A DNA stretch of 64,000 bases from Phycisphaerales bacterium (GCA_003142595.1 PLMU01000006.1:282325-346324); one strand, 5' to 3'. Positions 25,394 through 33,925 are shown, counted from the stretch's first letter. Numbers and translations: made by a program. The notes: a model not told the origin generated them from the letters alone.

Positions 25394-26644
25394 ATGAGCA
25401 AAAAGGAAATTATCGTCCAGAAATTCGGCGGATCATCGGTAGCCAACGCGGAAAAAATTAAAAAAGCCGCTCAAAAGGCTATCAATGAATTCAAGCAGGG
25501 AAAACAGGTTGTTATGGTTGCCTCGGCCCGCGGAAAGCAGACCGACCAACTGATTGCCGACGCGCTTGAAGTCAATCCGAACCCGCCAAAACGGGAAATG
25601 GACCAGCTTTTGAGCACCGGCGAGCAGCAGACGGTTTCTCTTGTCGCTATGGCTATCGAAGGAATGGGCTATAAAGCGATAAGTTTTACCGGCGCACAAA
25701 TTCGGATGATTACCGACAGCGTCCACACCAAGGCCAGAATTAAAAGCATCGACGTTGAAAGAATTAAAAAGGAACTGGATAAAGGCAATATCGTTATCGT
25801 CGCGGGCTTTCAGGGTATCGATGAAAATGAAAATATCACAACGCTTGGCAGAGGCGGCTCGGATACAAGCGCAGTCGCTCTTGCAGCGGCTTTGAAAGCG
25901 GACACCTGCGATATTTATACAGACGTTGACGGCGTATATACCACCGACCCGCGAATCTTTAAAGACGCCGTAAAGCTGGAGCAAATCAGCTATGACGAAA
26001 TTCTCGAAATGGCAAGTCTCGGCGCAGGCGTTATGCACGGCCGCTCGATTGAGTTCGGCAAAAAATATAATGTTATCATACATGTCAGAAGCAGTATGTC
26101 GGATAAAAAAGGAACTTTAATTACTCATGAGGTCCCGCAAATGGAAGGTATTCTTGTATCAGGTGCGACGATTGAAAAAAATCTCGCTAAAGTAAGTATG
26201 GTCGGTGTTGACAACAAGCCCGGCAATGCGGCAAAAATTTTCGCGCATCTTGCCGAGGCAAAAGTTAGCGTAAATGACATCATTCAGACTGAAGTCAGCA
26301 AGCAAAAGGCCAATATTTCTTTCACGGTGAATAAAAACGATTTTAACGATGCCAAAAAAGCCGTCGAGTCAATTAAGGAGAAAGTCGGCTGCGATAACGT
26401 TTTCTATCGCGATGATATCGCAGAAGTTTCCGCTATCGGAGTCGGGATGAGAACTCACTACGGCGTAGCGAATATGATGTTCAGCGCTCTGGCAAAGGAA
26501 AAAATAAATATCGACTCGATTACTACAAGCGAGATACGAATCAGTTGTTTAGTTGACAAGGCCCAGGGCGATAAGGCCCTTATCTGTGTATGCAAGACCT
26601 TCGAACTTGATAAACCAGTCAATAAGCGAAGTTATGTGAAATAG
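25394..26644 (+). CDS. lysC: Aspartate kinase (monofunctional, two C-terminal ACT domains)
   Basis: 416 aa. VQKFGGSSV N-terminus, GRGGSDTSAVALAAAL, DVDGVYTTDPR. Confidence 0.9.
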   Translation: MSKKEIIVQKFGGSSVANAEKIKKAAQKAINEFKQGKQVVMVASARGKQTDQLIADALEVNPNPPKREMDQLLSTGEQQTVSLVAMAIEGMGYKAISFTGAQIRMITDSVHTKARIKSIDVERIKKELDKGNIVIVAGFQGIDENENITTLGRGGSDTSAVALAAALKADTCDIYTDVDGVYTTDPRIFKDAVKLEQISYDEILEMASLGAGVMHGRSIEFGKKYNVIIHVRSSMSDKKGTLITHEVPQMEGILVSGATIEKNLAKVSMVGVDNKPGNAAKIFAHLAEAKVSVNDIIQTEVSKQKANISFTVNKNDFNDAKKAVESIKEKVGCDNVFYRDDIAEVSAIGVGMRTHYGVANMMFSALAKEKINIDSITTSEIRISCLVDKAQGDKALICVCKTFELDKPVNKRSYVK

Positions 26645-26676
26645 TTGATAGTTGATAGTCGTTAGTCGATAGTTTA
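26642..26676. repeat. Five tandem heptamers TAGTYGW starting at the lysC stop codon
   Basis: tagttga tagttga tagtcgt tagtcga tagttta, read directly. With a period of 7, TAG/TGA stops fall in all three forward frames. Confidence 0.85.
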
Positions 26677-27294
26677 TTGAAGAATAAAAATATAAAATAT
26701 GCACAAAGCCGATTGCGGAAGAAAATCCTGCTGCTGTCGGCTTTTTTATTGCTCTCGGCCGTTGTATTTCTCGACAGGACTTTTCACCCATATCTTAAAA
26801 CTCCCCTCTCAACTTCAATAACGCTCAGCAGCGATTGGGACAAATATAATGAAAAAACTTTTACCGTCGTAAAGGTCGTTGACGGCGACACAATCGATAT
26901 TGATGTGCCGGACGGAAAATTTCCAGATACAAGAATCCGTCTGCTCGCCGTTGATACTCCTGAAACCGATAAAAGCCCTTCCGGTGCGATGTATTTTGGA
27001 AAAGAGGCCAGCGATTTTGTCCGCAAAATAGCGATGGAACAAAAAGTTACCGTCCTTCTGGATAAATTATCGAAAACTCGCGATAAATACGGCCGCCTGC
27101 TTGCATTTGTAAGATTTGCTGACGGAAAAATTTTGAATGAAGAACTTGTTTCTCAGGGTTTTGCTTATGCGGATACTCGTTTCCCGCACAGTGACTATGA
27201 AAAATTTATGCAGCTTGAAAAAACAGCACAGGAACAGAAAAAAGGACTGTGGGAAAAAGTTACACCTGACCAAATGCCAAATTGGCGCAAATAA
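26677..27294 (+). CDS. Membrane-anchored staphylococcal-nuclease (SNase/thermonuclease) homologue
   Basis: 205 aa with an N-terminal hydrophobic anchor LLLSAFLLLSAVVFL. SNase-like core: VVKVVDGDTIDI..IRLLAVDTPET..YFGKEASDFVRK..DKYGRLLAFV..LNEELVSQGFA. The start codon is non-ATG and uncertain (TTG 26677 or a TTG near 26713). Confidence 0.8.
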   Translation: MKNKNIKYAQSRLRKKILLLSAFLLLSAVVFLDRTFHPYLKTPLSTSITLSSDWDKYNEKTFTVVKVVDGDTIDIDVPDGKFPDTRIRLLAVDTPETDKSPSGAMYFGKEASDFVRKIAMEQKVTVLLDKLSKTRDKYGRLLAFVRFADGKILNEELVSQGFAYADTRFPHSDYEKFMQLEKTAQEQKKGLWEKVTPDQMPNWRK

Positions 27295-27340
27295 TGAACA
27301 CAAATTTTCACGAATTATTTAATCGCTGATGACAGGGATT

Positions 27341-29590
27341 TTATTGATGTTCTTCGAGTATTAATCTCGTAGTTTTTAAAGCCTCATTTATATCAATATA
27401 CTTAGCTGAATATGCTTTTGCTTTCAATTCTGATGATAAATAGCCCCCATACTTTCCTACTGGAGGGATTTTTTCTGGAAATACTGAGCAACAAAGGTCT
27501 TCTGGTTTCATAGGATTGTTCATGAAATCACTAAGAATTATTTTGGCATCTTTAACCGAAAAATTAAATTTTTGGAAAGTAAGAGCAATTCCTTGGTTTA
27601 TGACTTCATTAGTAGATAAACCTGCTAATCTAAAGACCAAATACAATGTATGATTAGCACGGCTACTTGTCCAAGTGAATATATGGAGAAGATTTCCTTC
27701 TTTTACAATATAATTATCAGTTAAATCATTTCGTTGGAATTCCTGAATCGCCCAGCCCAACACTGTTTTTGTATTTGTTTCAAGCCAATTGGGTAATATT
27801 TTCTTCTGAAGAATCTGATACATTATTTCTCTAATTCTCTCATGAATAAGCCCTCCTCCTCCATGCCATTGAACTAACTTCTTGCCTTTAGCCTGTTCAA
27901 CAACAATTTTCATCTGCCGCTCATCTACATCTACAATCTTCCAGCGTTTTCCTCCTAAGAGAATGTAACTACCCGGCTGATAAAATCCTTCTCTTCCTTC
28001 AATTTCCCCGATAGCCCCTGTGGATGAAACAACCTGATAATTCCTGGGAGTTTCAAAAGCAGCATAAAATTCATAATGAGATACTATTTTTTCTCCTTCC
28101 AAGCCTAAAATTAGATCTCCTCCTTCAACTTGTTCAACCAATTCATTTTCACCTAAGCTTTTCAAAACAAGAGAAAATTCTTCAGATGTGATATTACCAA
28201 ATATGTACTCTAACGATAGCATTTTGAATAAACTACTTGCTTGTATGCCTCCTCTTTCAACTATAATGCTGAGTATTTGTTGTATAAGCGTACTATAATC
28301 TCTTTCGAGAGATAAAGGGGGTTCTATCCATGGAGTTATTCCTTCTTGGCCAAGCATAAGTAGAACAAGAGATAATGCCTGAAGTAAATCAGGATAAAGT
28401 CTTTCGGGTAAGATAGATTTTTCATTACATTTTTCTACAGGAACATACAAGTATAATTTTGATGGTTTTCCTTCTCTGCGACCACTTCTACCCATCCTTT
28501 GCTTCAAAGAACTAACACTATGAGGTGGTCCTATTTGTCCCACTGCATCTACTTCTCCGATGTCGATACCCAATTCGAGCGTACTGCTACAAATTGCTGT
28601 ACAAGGTCGGTTGGATTTTAATTCATCTTCTACAGACTCTCTGAATTGCTTACTCAAAGAACCGTGATGTACTAAAAACTGATTAGATAATTTTCTTTTT
28701 TTAGATACCTGTGCTAAATAATCAGCTAATTCTTCTATTTGAGCTTTTCTATTGCAGAATATTAAATTTGTTTTTCCATTAAAATGTGCCAATAGATGAT
28801 TTGCAATAGACAAAAGATTATCATCTAAGTCAAAATCCTTGGTTTTATCAGGCATATTGTTTTGCATCTGCTCAACTGGAACATCCTCAATAAATGTTTT
28901 AATTAATATTTCTACATCATTAATTTGAGAGGATTTAATAAGAATTGGGGAGTTTTTGGAATCCCCGGCAAGCCATTTTTGTGCAATGTCTACATCTCCA
29001 ATTGTAGCAGATAATCCTATTTTTCTTGTCCTAATCAAGTCTTTCCGATAGACCTCTATTCTGTTAAGCAAAGATGCCAGCTGTCTGCCACGTTCAGAAT
29101 CTAAAAATACATGTAATTCATCAATAACGATTGCTTGTAAATTTAAAAATATCCTTCTCGAATCCTGACCTATTTTCATTAATAATGATTCTAATGATTC
29201 GGGGGTAATTAATAATATGCCTGAAGGATTTTTTATCAAATTTTGTTTTTTTGAACTATCGACATCTCCATGCCATCTGTGAACAGGAATTTCCGTTCTG
29301 TTGCATAATTCTTCCAACCTTCGAAACTGATCATTTATGAGAGCCTTAAGAGGACCTACATAAAGAACTCTAATTGACCCAGAACCATGGTCGGAGGTTA
29401 AGGATGATATTATTGGCAAAAAAGCAGCTTCTGTTTTGCCTGCAGCGGTATTTGCCATTAGCAGAAGATCACTGTCGGTATCAAACCATGCATTAATAGA
29501 CTCAACTTGAAATTGATAAAGTTGAGTCCATTTCATGTCCCATAAGACATTCTGTATATTTCTATGAAGTCTATTAAAAGCCGAGGTCAT
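27341..29590 (-). CDS. Superfamily-2 DExH-box helicase (Lhr-like), third gene of the TerB/ATPase/helicase operon
   Basis: 749 aa. Motif I NTAAGKTEAAFLP, motif II VIDELH, motif III LSATIG. Helicase-C elements are HHGSLS, TLELGIDIG and QRMGRSGRR. About 300 aa of unassigned C-terminal domain follows. Confidence 0.85.
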   Translation of the reverse strand: MTSAFNRLHRNIQNVLWDMKWTQLYQFQVESINAWFDTDSDLLLMANTAAGKTEAAFLPIISSLTSDHGSGSIRVLYVGPLKALINDQFRRLEELCNRTEIPVHRWHGDVDSSKKQNLIKNPSGILLITPESLESLLMKIGQDSRRIFLNLQAIVIDELHVFLDSERGRQLASLLNRIEVYRKDLIRTRKIGLSATIGDVDIAQKWLAGDSKNSPILIKSSQINDVEILIKTFIEDVPVEQMQNNMPDKTKDFDLDDNLLSIANHLLAHFNGKTNLIFCNRKAQIEELADYLAQVSKKRKLSNQFLVHHGSLSKQFRESVEDELKSNRPCTAICSSTLELGIDIGEVDAVGQIGPPHSVSSLKQRMGRSGRREGKPSKLYLYVPVEKCNEKSILPERLYPDLLQALSLVLLMLGQEGITPWIEPPLSLERDYSTLIQQILSIIVERGGIQASSLFKMLSLEYIFGNITSEEFSLVLKSLGENELVEQVEGGDLILGLEGEKIVSHYEFYAAFETPRNYQVVSSTGAIGEIEGREGFYQPGSYILLGGKRWKIVDVDERQMKIVVEQAKGKKLVQWHGGGGLIHERIREIMYQILQKKILPNWLETNTKTVLGWAIQEFQRNDLTDNYIVKEGNLLHIFTWTSSRANHTLYLVFRLAGLSTNEVINQGIALTFQKFNFSVKDAKIILSDFMNNPMKPEDLCCSVFPEKIPPVGKYGGYLSSELKAKAYSAKYIDINEALKTTRLILEEHQ

Positions 29591-29593
29591 TTG

Positions 29594-30907
29594 TTATAAC
29601 TTAAAATTTACAAGGTCATCATGGTCTGTTTTGCCGCCATCAGGTTTGACGTTATCCACTTTATTAAATATGATGTTTTTAGTGTCATCTTTAATAAAAT
29701 AAGTTAAATCTTTATCTGGATTCTGCTCCATCACATTTAATAATCCTACAAATTGCTGAACGGCATCTCTTGGGGTCAAAAAATACTCAGAACCCAATCT
29801 TTTCTCACAAAAATTCATAAACTTCAATATCCCATCTTGATTAATTATCGCTTTTTCAAGATTTCCATCTGCATGAACATTTATAATTCTTTCAAACAAA
29901 ACAACTAAATCTTCCCTGCTGAGCGGTTCAAGTCTTATTACAGGTCCTTTGGTGTCGACCATATCTTGAATTGAAAAGGGATTATCAGCTAAACGAGTTG
30001 CCAGTGCCTCATAGCTAAACAACCCCCGTTTTCTGTCAGATAAAAAGTCTTCAGTTCCAGCAAAACAAAAACCTAATCCTTCAACATGCCCTTGAAGGCA
30101 ATCATTCAAAATATGTAAAATAACCTCATAATTTTTAGTTCGTGCTGCACTATTATTCAATCTCTCTGAAAGGACTACAAGTTCATCTAAATTTACAAAC
30201 AAACCGCTATATCCTATAAGTTTTACAAATTTTGCCCATAACTTTAACATATCATAAAAATGCTCGTCTTCAATAATATCTCGAACGCCGAGATCCTGTC
30301 TCGCTTCTGTTTTTGTTCCATATTCACCTCGTAGCCAACGAGTTGCAGCGTTCATCAAATCATCATTATTGGTCGAAAAACCTTCTACATATTTTGCTAA
30401 CACTCGAATTAAATTCACACCATGAGTTAAGTCTAACATAGGTTGCAATTTCTTTTTTATTGTATTTTCCAAAATATCAAAATCAATTGTTCCTTTAAGT
30501 TCATTATGTACGTCAAGAACAAACTTTTCGATAAGCCCTGACAAAGCTCCACCTTCAGGCTTAGCACGTGTTGACATATTTTTAATCAACTCTGTGTATA
30601 AAGCTCTGGAGCATCCTCCTGAACCATATAACCTACGATCAACTGTAATGTCTGCTTGCAAAATTACAAATTTACGTTCTATGGCCACAGTTCTTACCAA
30701 ATTTAGGAAAAAACTTTTGCCACTTCCAAATCTTCCTATCACAAAACGAATAGAAGAGCCGCCATCTTCAATGTTCATCAAATCAGTGATTAAAGCTTGT
30801 AATTCATTTTTTCGCCCAACCTGAATATGCTCTAGACCGATTTTGGGGACGACCCCAGCAGCTAAACTCTGAAGAATTGCTGTTCTTTCTCTAGGTTTTA
30901 TATTCAT
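29594..30907 (-). CDS. P-loop NTPase (DUF2791 / BrxC-BrxD-like ATPase, tentative), second gene of the operon
   Basis: 437 aa. Walker A GRFGSGKSFFL and Walker B-like GLFVNLDELV. The start codon overlaps the upstream stop (TAATG at 30905-30909). Its stop lies 3 nt before the helicase start. Confidence 0.75.
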   Translation of the reverse strand: MNIKPRERTAILQSLAAGVVPKIGLEHIQVGRKNELQALITDLMNIEDGGSSIRFVIGRFGSGKSFFLNLVRTVAIERKFVILQADITVDRRLYGSGGCSRALYTELIKNMSTRAKPEGGALSGLIEKFVLDVHNELKGTIDFDILENTIKKKLQPMLDLTHGVNLIRVLAKYVEGFSTNNDDLMNAATRWLRGEYGTKTEARQDLGVRDIIEDEHFYDMLKLWAKFVKLIGYSGLFVNLDELVVLSERLNNSAARTKNYEVILHILNDCLQGHVEGLGFCFAGTEDFLSDRKRGLFSYEALATRLADNPFSIQDMVDTKGPVIRLEPLSREDLVVLFERIINVHADGNLEKAIINQDGILKFMNFCEKRLGSEYFLTPRDAVQQFVGLLNVMEQNPDKDLTYFIKDDTKNIIFNKVDNVKPDGGKTDHDDLVNFKL

Positions 30908-33336
30908 TAGTTGTCTCCAAATTTATTGAGTAACTCTTTATTTACAATTATGTTATCACCTTCTTCAATCAAAAAGTCTCCTAAGTTTTCATCTGCCCAA
31001 GTATTTATCTCTTCGAGAGCAGCTGAAACCGTAACATTGTATTTTCGAGCGAGAGCATTTACTTCATCTATAAGCCATTCTTTCTTTGTAATAATTTCCT
31101 CAAAAAATGGTTTGATATGGTTAGATATTACTATGTTAGAAAGATTACAGATATTTTCATTTTGCATTTCTTTAGGTATTGCAAATTTATTTGACCTTTC
31201 AGATGCAGATTGTTCCATAGCCCTAATCAAAATCTTTGAGGCTTCAATGCTATCTTCACGAATTTTCCGGATTTTATCTACGTCTAATATTGTAACTTTT
31301 GATGGGATAGCCTCACCCTGAGTTTCCTTTATTCCTTTTACTGACAATCGTGACGGTTCTGATGTCTTATACCCAAATTCATCAATATATTCTTTTGTAA
31401 GTTCTTTCGGCAGCCCTAAAGACTTAAATGTCTTTTCTAATGCTTCTACTTCTTCTAAACACACTCCGTCAACGGAACCTGCAATCATGACAAGAAATTT
31501 CCCTATAGATTTACGTTGCTTTTCCTCAAAAATATTTTGAATTTTATCCTTTATTCCAAATAAAGAGATCCCATTCTTTAAACTCACACCAATTAATGCA
31601 TCTAATCGTAGACGATCATTACGAGTCAACATGAATCGTTCTTGAAAAAATTCAATAATAACTTGCCGCTCTCCATCCTCTAAAGCCCCATTTGCCAAAG
31701 ACACTTCTATGGCTAAAGGCATAATTAAACTTACTAAGGAATAATTTTGCCCTTCTGGTAAATAAGGTTTATCAGGTAAACGTAATATAGCACAATGGTC
31801 ATTCCATTTGAAAGGTTTTTGAGTATAGCGTGGATCGGGCTCAATTGATGAACCTAAAGATTCAACAAATTGAGCTATCAGTCTGGATTGACCAAGTGAA
31901 AGCTTGGGTCTATAATCAATTTTATTTAATGTGGCAATCTTCTCTATGGGAATCAGCCAAATTTTTGAATCATTTGCATAACTCTCTAAAAGCGTATCCC
32001 ATTCCATCTGCTGGGGATGTTTCAATTCTTGTTGAAGATCAGATGGTAACGCTGCAAAAGCGATAGAATTGCCTTCTGGAGACGTTGCCGCTTTTCGGGA
32101 AAAAGCTTTTAATTCCTCTATGCATTCATTGAATAATTTAACAACAGGCCCAAACTGCGTTTTCCATCCTACAATTGTCGGCCAGTCCGCAGAAGGGATT
32201 GTGCTTTCAAAGCCTATCCCTCTAAGTAAGGTTGGAGAAGCGGCATGATAGTCAATTCTCAGGCTTTGCTCACTTTTTTGGGGAATTATTTGATTTGCAT
32301 ATTTTTCATTATATCGAAGCGTAAACAGTTTTACAAATTCATCGTATGCTCTACTAAGAACTATACTTCTAACAGTTCTTTCCTCCTGTTTAGCAAGATA
32401 AAATGCCCAATCAGCAGGTAGAGGCATATTGTTTTTCGCCAAATAACCTAATAGCATTGTTTGGAATGCCTCAGACAGATGCCCCTCTTGATAATTTATC
32501 AGAGCATTAATTAATTTCTTTTTGGGCATTAATATGCCCAAAAGAATTAAATGAAGTAATAATCCTGTAGCATATTGCCTAAATGAACCTGAATATCCAT
32601 AAATTTCTAATAACCTTATGACTTCATATCCTACATCTAATATATCTTTTCGGTCTAAAAGTGCTCTTCGTTCTAATCCATAAAAATAAATAAATACATA
32701 ACCCAACTCGATATCAGGGTCGTTCTTCCCTGTTGCAAGCCATTTGATATAATTAGCTACTTGGGCAGAATCGGTATTGCTTAAATATGGCCAGTAAGGT
32801 AAGGTTCGTTGATTCGTTTCGTGTGGAACGCCAATTGGTCGCCTTAAACATAAAAGACTGGCATCAAAATCTTCATATGTTTGACTATCCACCACATAAA
32901 TTAAAGGGTCTTCAAGAATATACCCCCCGATTTCTATTTTTGAGCCTTTGCCCGCAAAATACGGTTCAGGTTTTGTAACGAGTTTCTTTAATATTTCTTT
33001 TGGTTTTATTGTGTTAGGTTCTGAAAGTTTTCTATCGGGATCTTTAATAAATATCCAAATTAAACTTCCTACTGTGCCTAAAACAACAAAACTTTGAAAG
33101 AATATTTGAATCCCTTTGTAGTAGCCTAACACACAGCAGAATAAAAATAATGCTGTTATTAATAATCGTTTTGAAAAGGTTATTTGATATTTGTGGATTA
33201 AAAATAGTACGCTGGTAATTACCATGGGAAAAATGGTACAAAGTAAAGCTCCCCCGATGGGGAGTAGTATCGAAAGCAAGATAAACCAAGCCACAAAAAG
33301 AAACAGCAGTATCTGCTTAACAGTATTCTCCCTCAT
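30907..33336 (-). CDS. Membrane-anchored TerB-N/TerB-C-like protein, first gene of the operon
   Basis: 809 aa with about four hydrophobic helices in residues 9-97. Then comes a region with YWPYLSNTDSAQVANYIKWLATGKNDPDIELGYVFIYFYGLERR. This matches my memory of the TerB N-terminal domain signature (YWPsY..L...qRa.YL.WL..GR......gYvFLYfYGLERR). The C-terminal region is helical. Confidence 0.7.
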   Translation of the reverse strand: MRENTVKQILLFLFVAWFILLSILLPIGGALLCTIFPMVITSVLFLIHKYQITFSKRLLITALFLFCCVLGYYKGIQIFFQSFVVLGTVGSLIWIFIKDPDRKLSEPNTIKPKEILKKLVTKPEPYFAGKGSKIEIGGYILEDPLIYVVDSQTYEDFDASLLCLRRPIGVPHETNQRTLPYWPYLSNTDSAQVANYIKWLATGKNDPDIELGYVFIYFYGLERRALLDRKDILDVGYEVIRLLEIYGYSGSFRQYATGLLLHLILLGILMPKKKLINALINYQEGHLSEAFQTMLLGYLAKNNMPLPADWAFYLAKQEERTVRSIVLSRAYDEFVKLFTLRYNEKYANQIIPQKSEQSLRIDYHAASPTLLRGIGFESTIPSADWPTIVGWKTQFGPVVKLFNECIEELKAFSRKAATSPEGNSIAFAALPSDLQQELKHPQQMEWDTLLESYANDSKIWLIPIEKIATLNKIDYRPKLSLGQSRLIAQFVESLGSSIEPDPRYTQKPFKWNDHCAILRLPDKPYLPEGQNYSLVSLIMPLAIEVSLANGALEDGERQVIIEFFQERFMLTRNDRLRLDALIGVSLKNGISLFGIKDKIQNIFEEKQRKSIGKFLVMIAGSVDGVCLEEVEALEKTFKSLGLPKELTKEYIDEFGYKTSEPSRLSVKGIKETQGEAIPSKVTILDVDKIRKIREDSIEASKILIRAMEQSASERSNKFAIPKEMQNENICNLSNIVISNHIKPFFEEIITKKEWLIDEVNALARKYNVTVSAALEEINTWADENLGDFLIEEGDNIIVNKELLNKFGDN

Positions 33337-33498
33337 TTTCCATTTCCTTGCTCAAAAAAAGACCAATATGGAGTGACGAGAAACCTTTCAGAATTTTACC
33401 TGAATTATGTCAATTATTCAAGTGTTTTAAGACAGATGTTAGTCGTTAGCCGCAGGCATTTAGTCAAAATTTTGCCCGATAACATAAGAACGGGATTT

Positions 33499-33875
33499 TG
33501 ATACTGAAAAGGGCAATTTTCAACTTTACCGTCCGCATAATCGACTTCAAACGCCTCATATCAAGCTTGAAAAACCATTTTTCAAGCATGAAACGCCGAA
33601 AAGCAAGTGTGAAACACGAAGAAGTAAATATGAAACACGACATATCAAACTTGATTTGCCATAAAGTAAACTTGAAACATCGTAAAGTAAACTTACTTTA
33701 CGACAAAGTAAATGTGAAACACGAAGAAGCAAGCTTGAAACACGGAGTTTCATACTTGAAATGCTTCAAAGTAAGCTTGAAATGTCTTATTTCAAGCATG
33801 AAAAACCTCTCGTCAAACTTCCAAAACACTCGATAAAGCTTAAAAAACCTCTTGTCAACCCGCCCAAACACCCGA
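33499..33875. repeat. About 18 head-to-tail copies of a degenerate 21-bp repeat (core ..AARCTTGAAACAC..)
   Basis: Unit starts counted at 33499, 33520, 33541 (a 20-nt unit), 33561, 33582, 33603, 33624, 33645, 33666, 33687, 33708, 33729, 33750, 33771, 33792, 33813, 33834, 33855. Examples: gcaagtgtgaaacacgaagaa, gtaaatatgaaacacgacata, gtaaacttgaaacatcgtaaa, gcaagcttgaaacacggagtt. There are no spacers between units. Confidence 0.85.
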
Positions 33876-33925
33876 AAGGATAATAATATTTTTGTAGCGA
33901 GGGATTTGATTCAAGTACAAGGCTT

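Noticed and set aside
33498-33836. 112-aa ORF (and the antisense 65-aa ORF 33556..33753) across the 21-bp repeat array, as a possible heptad-repeat protein
   Set aside because: It has a TTG start without an SD, both strands are open, and conservation follows a DNA core (TTGAAACAC) rather than a clear amino-acid heptad. I treat it as non-coding repeat DNA. Translation is not strictly excluded (see the finding).
33499-33875. Possible CRISPR array
   Set aside because: The 21-bp units abut one another with no unique spacers, the repeats are degenerate, and no cas genes lie in the window.
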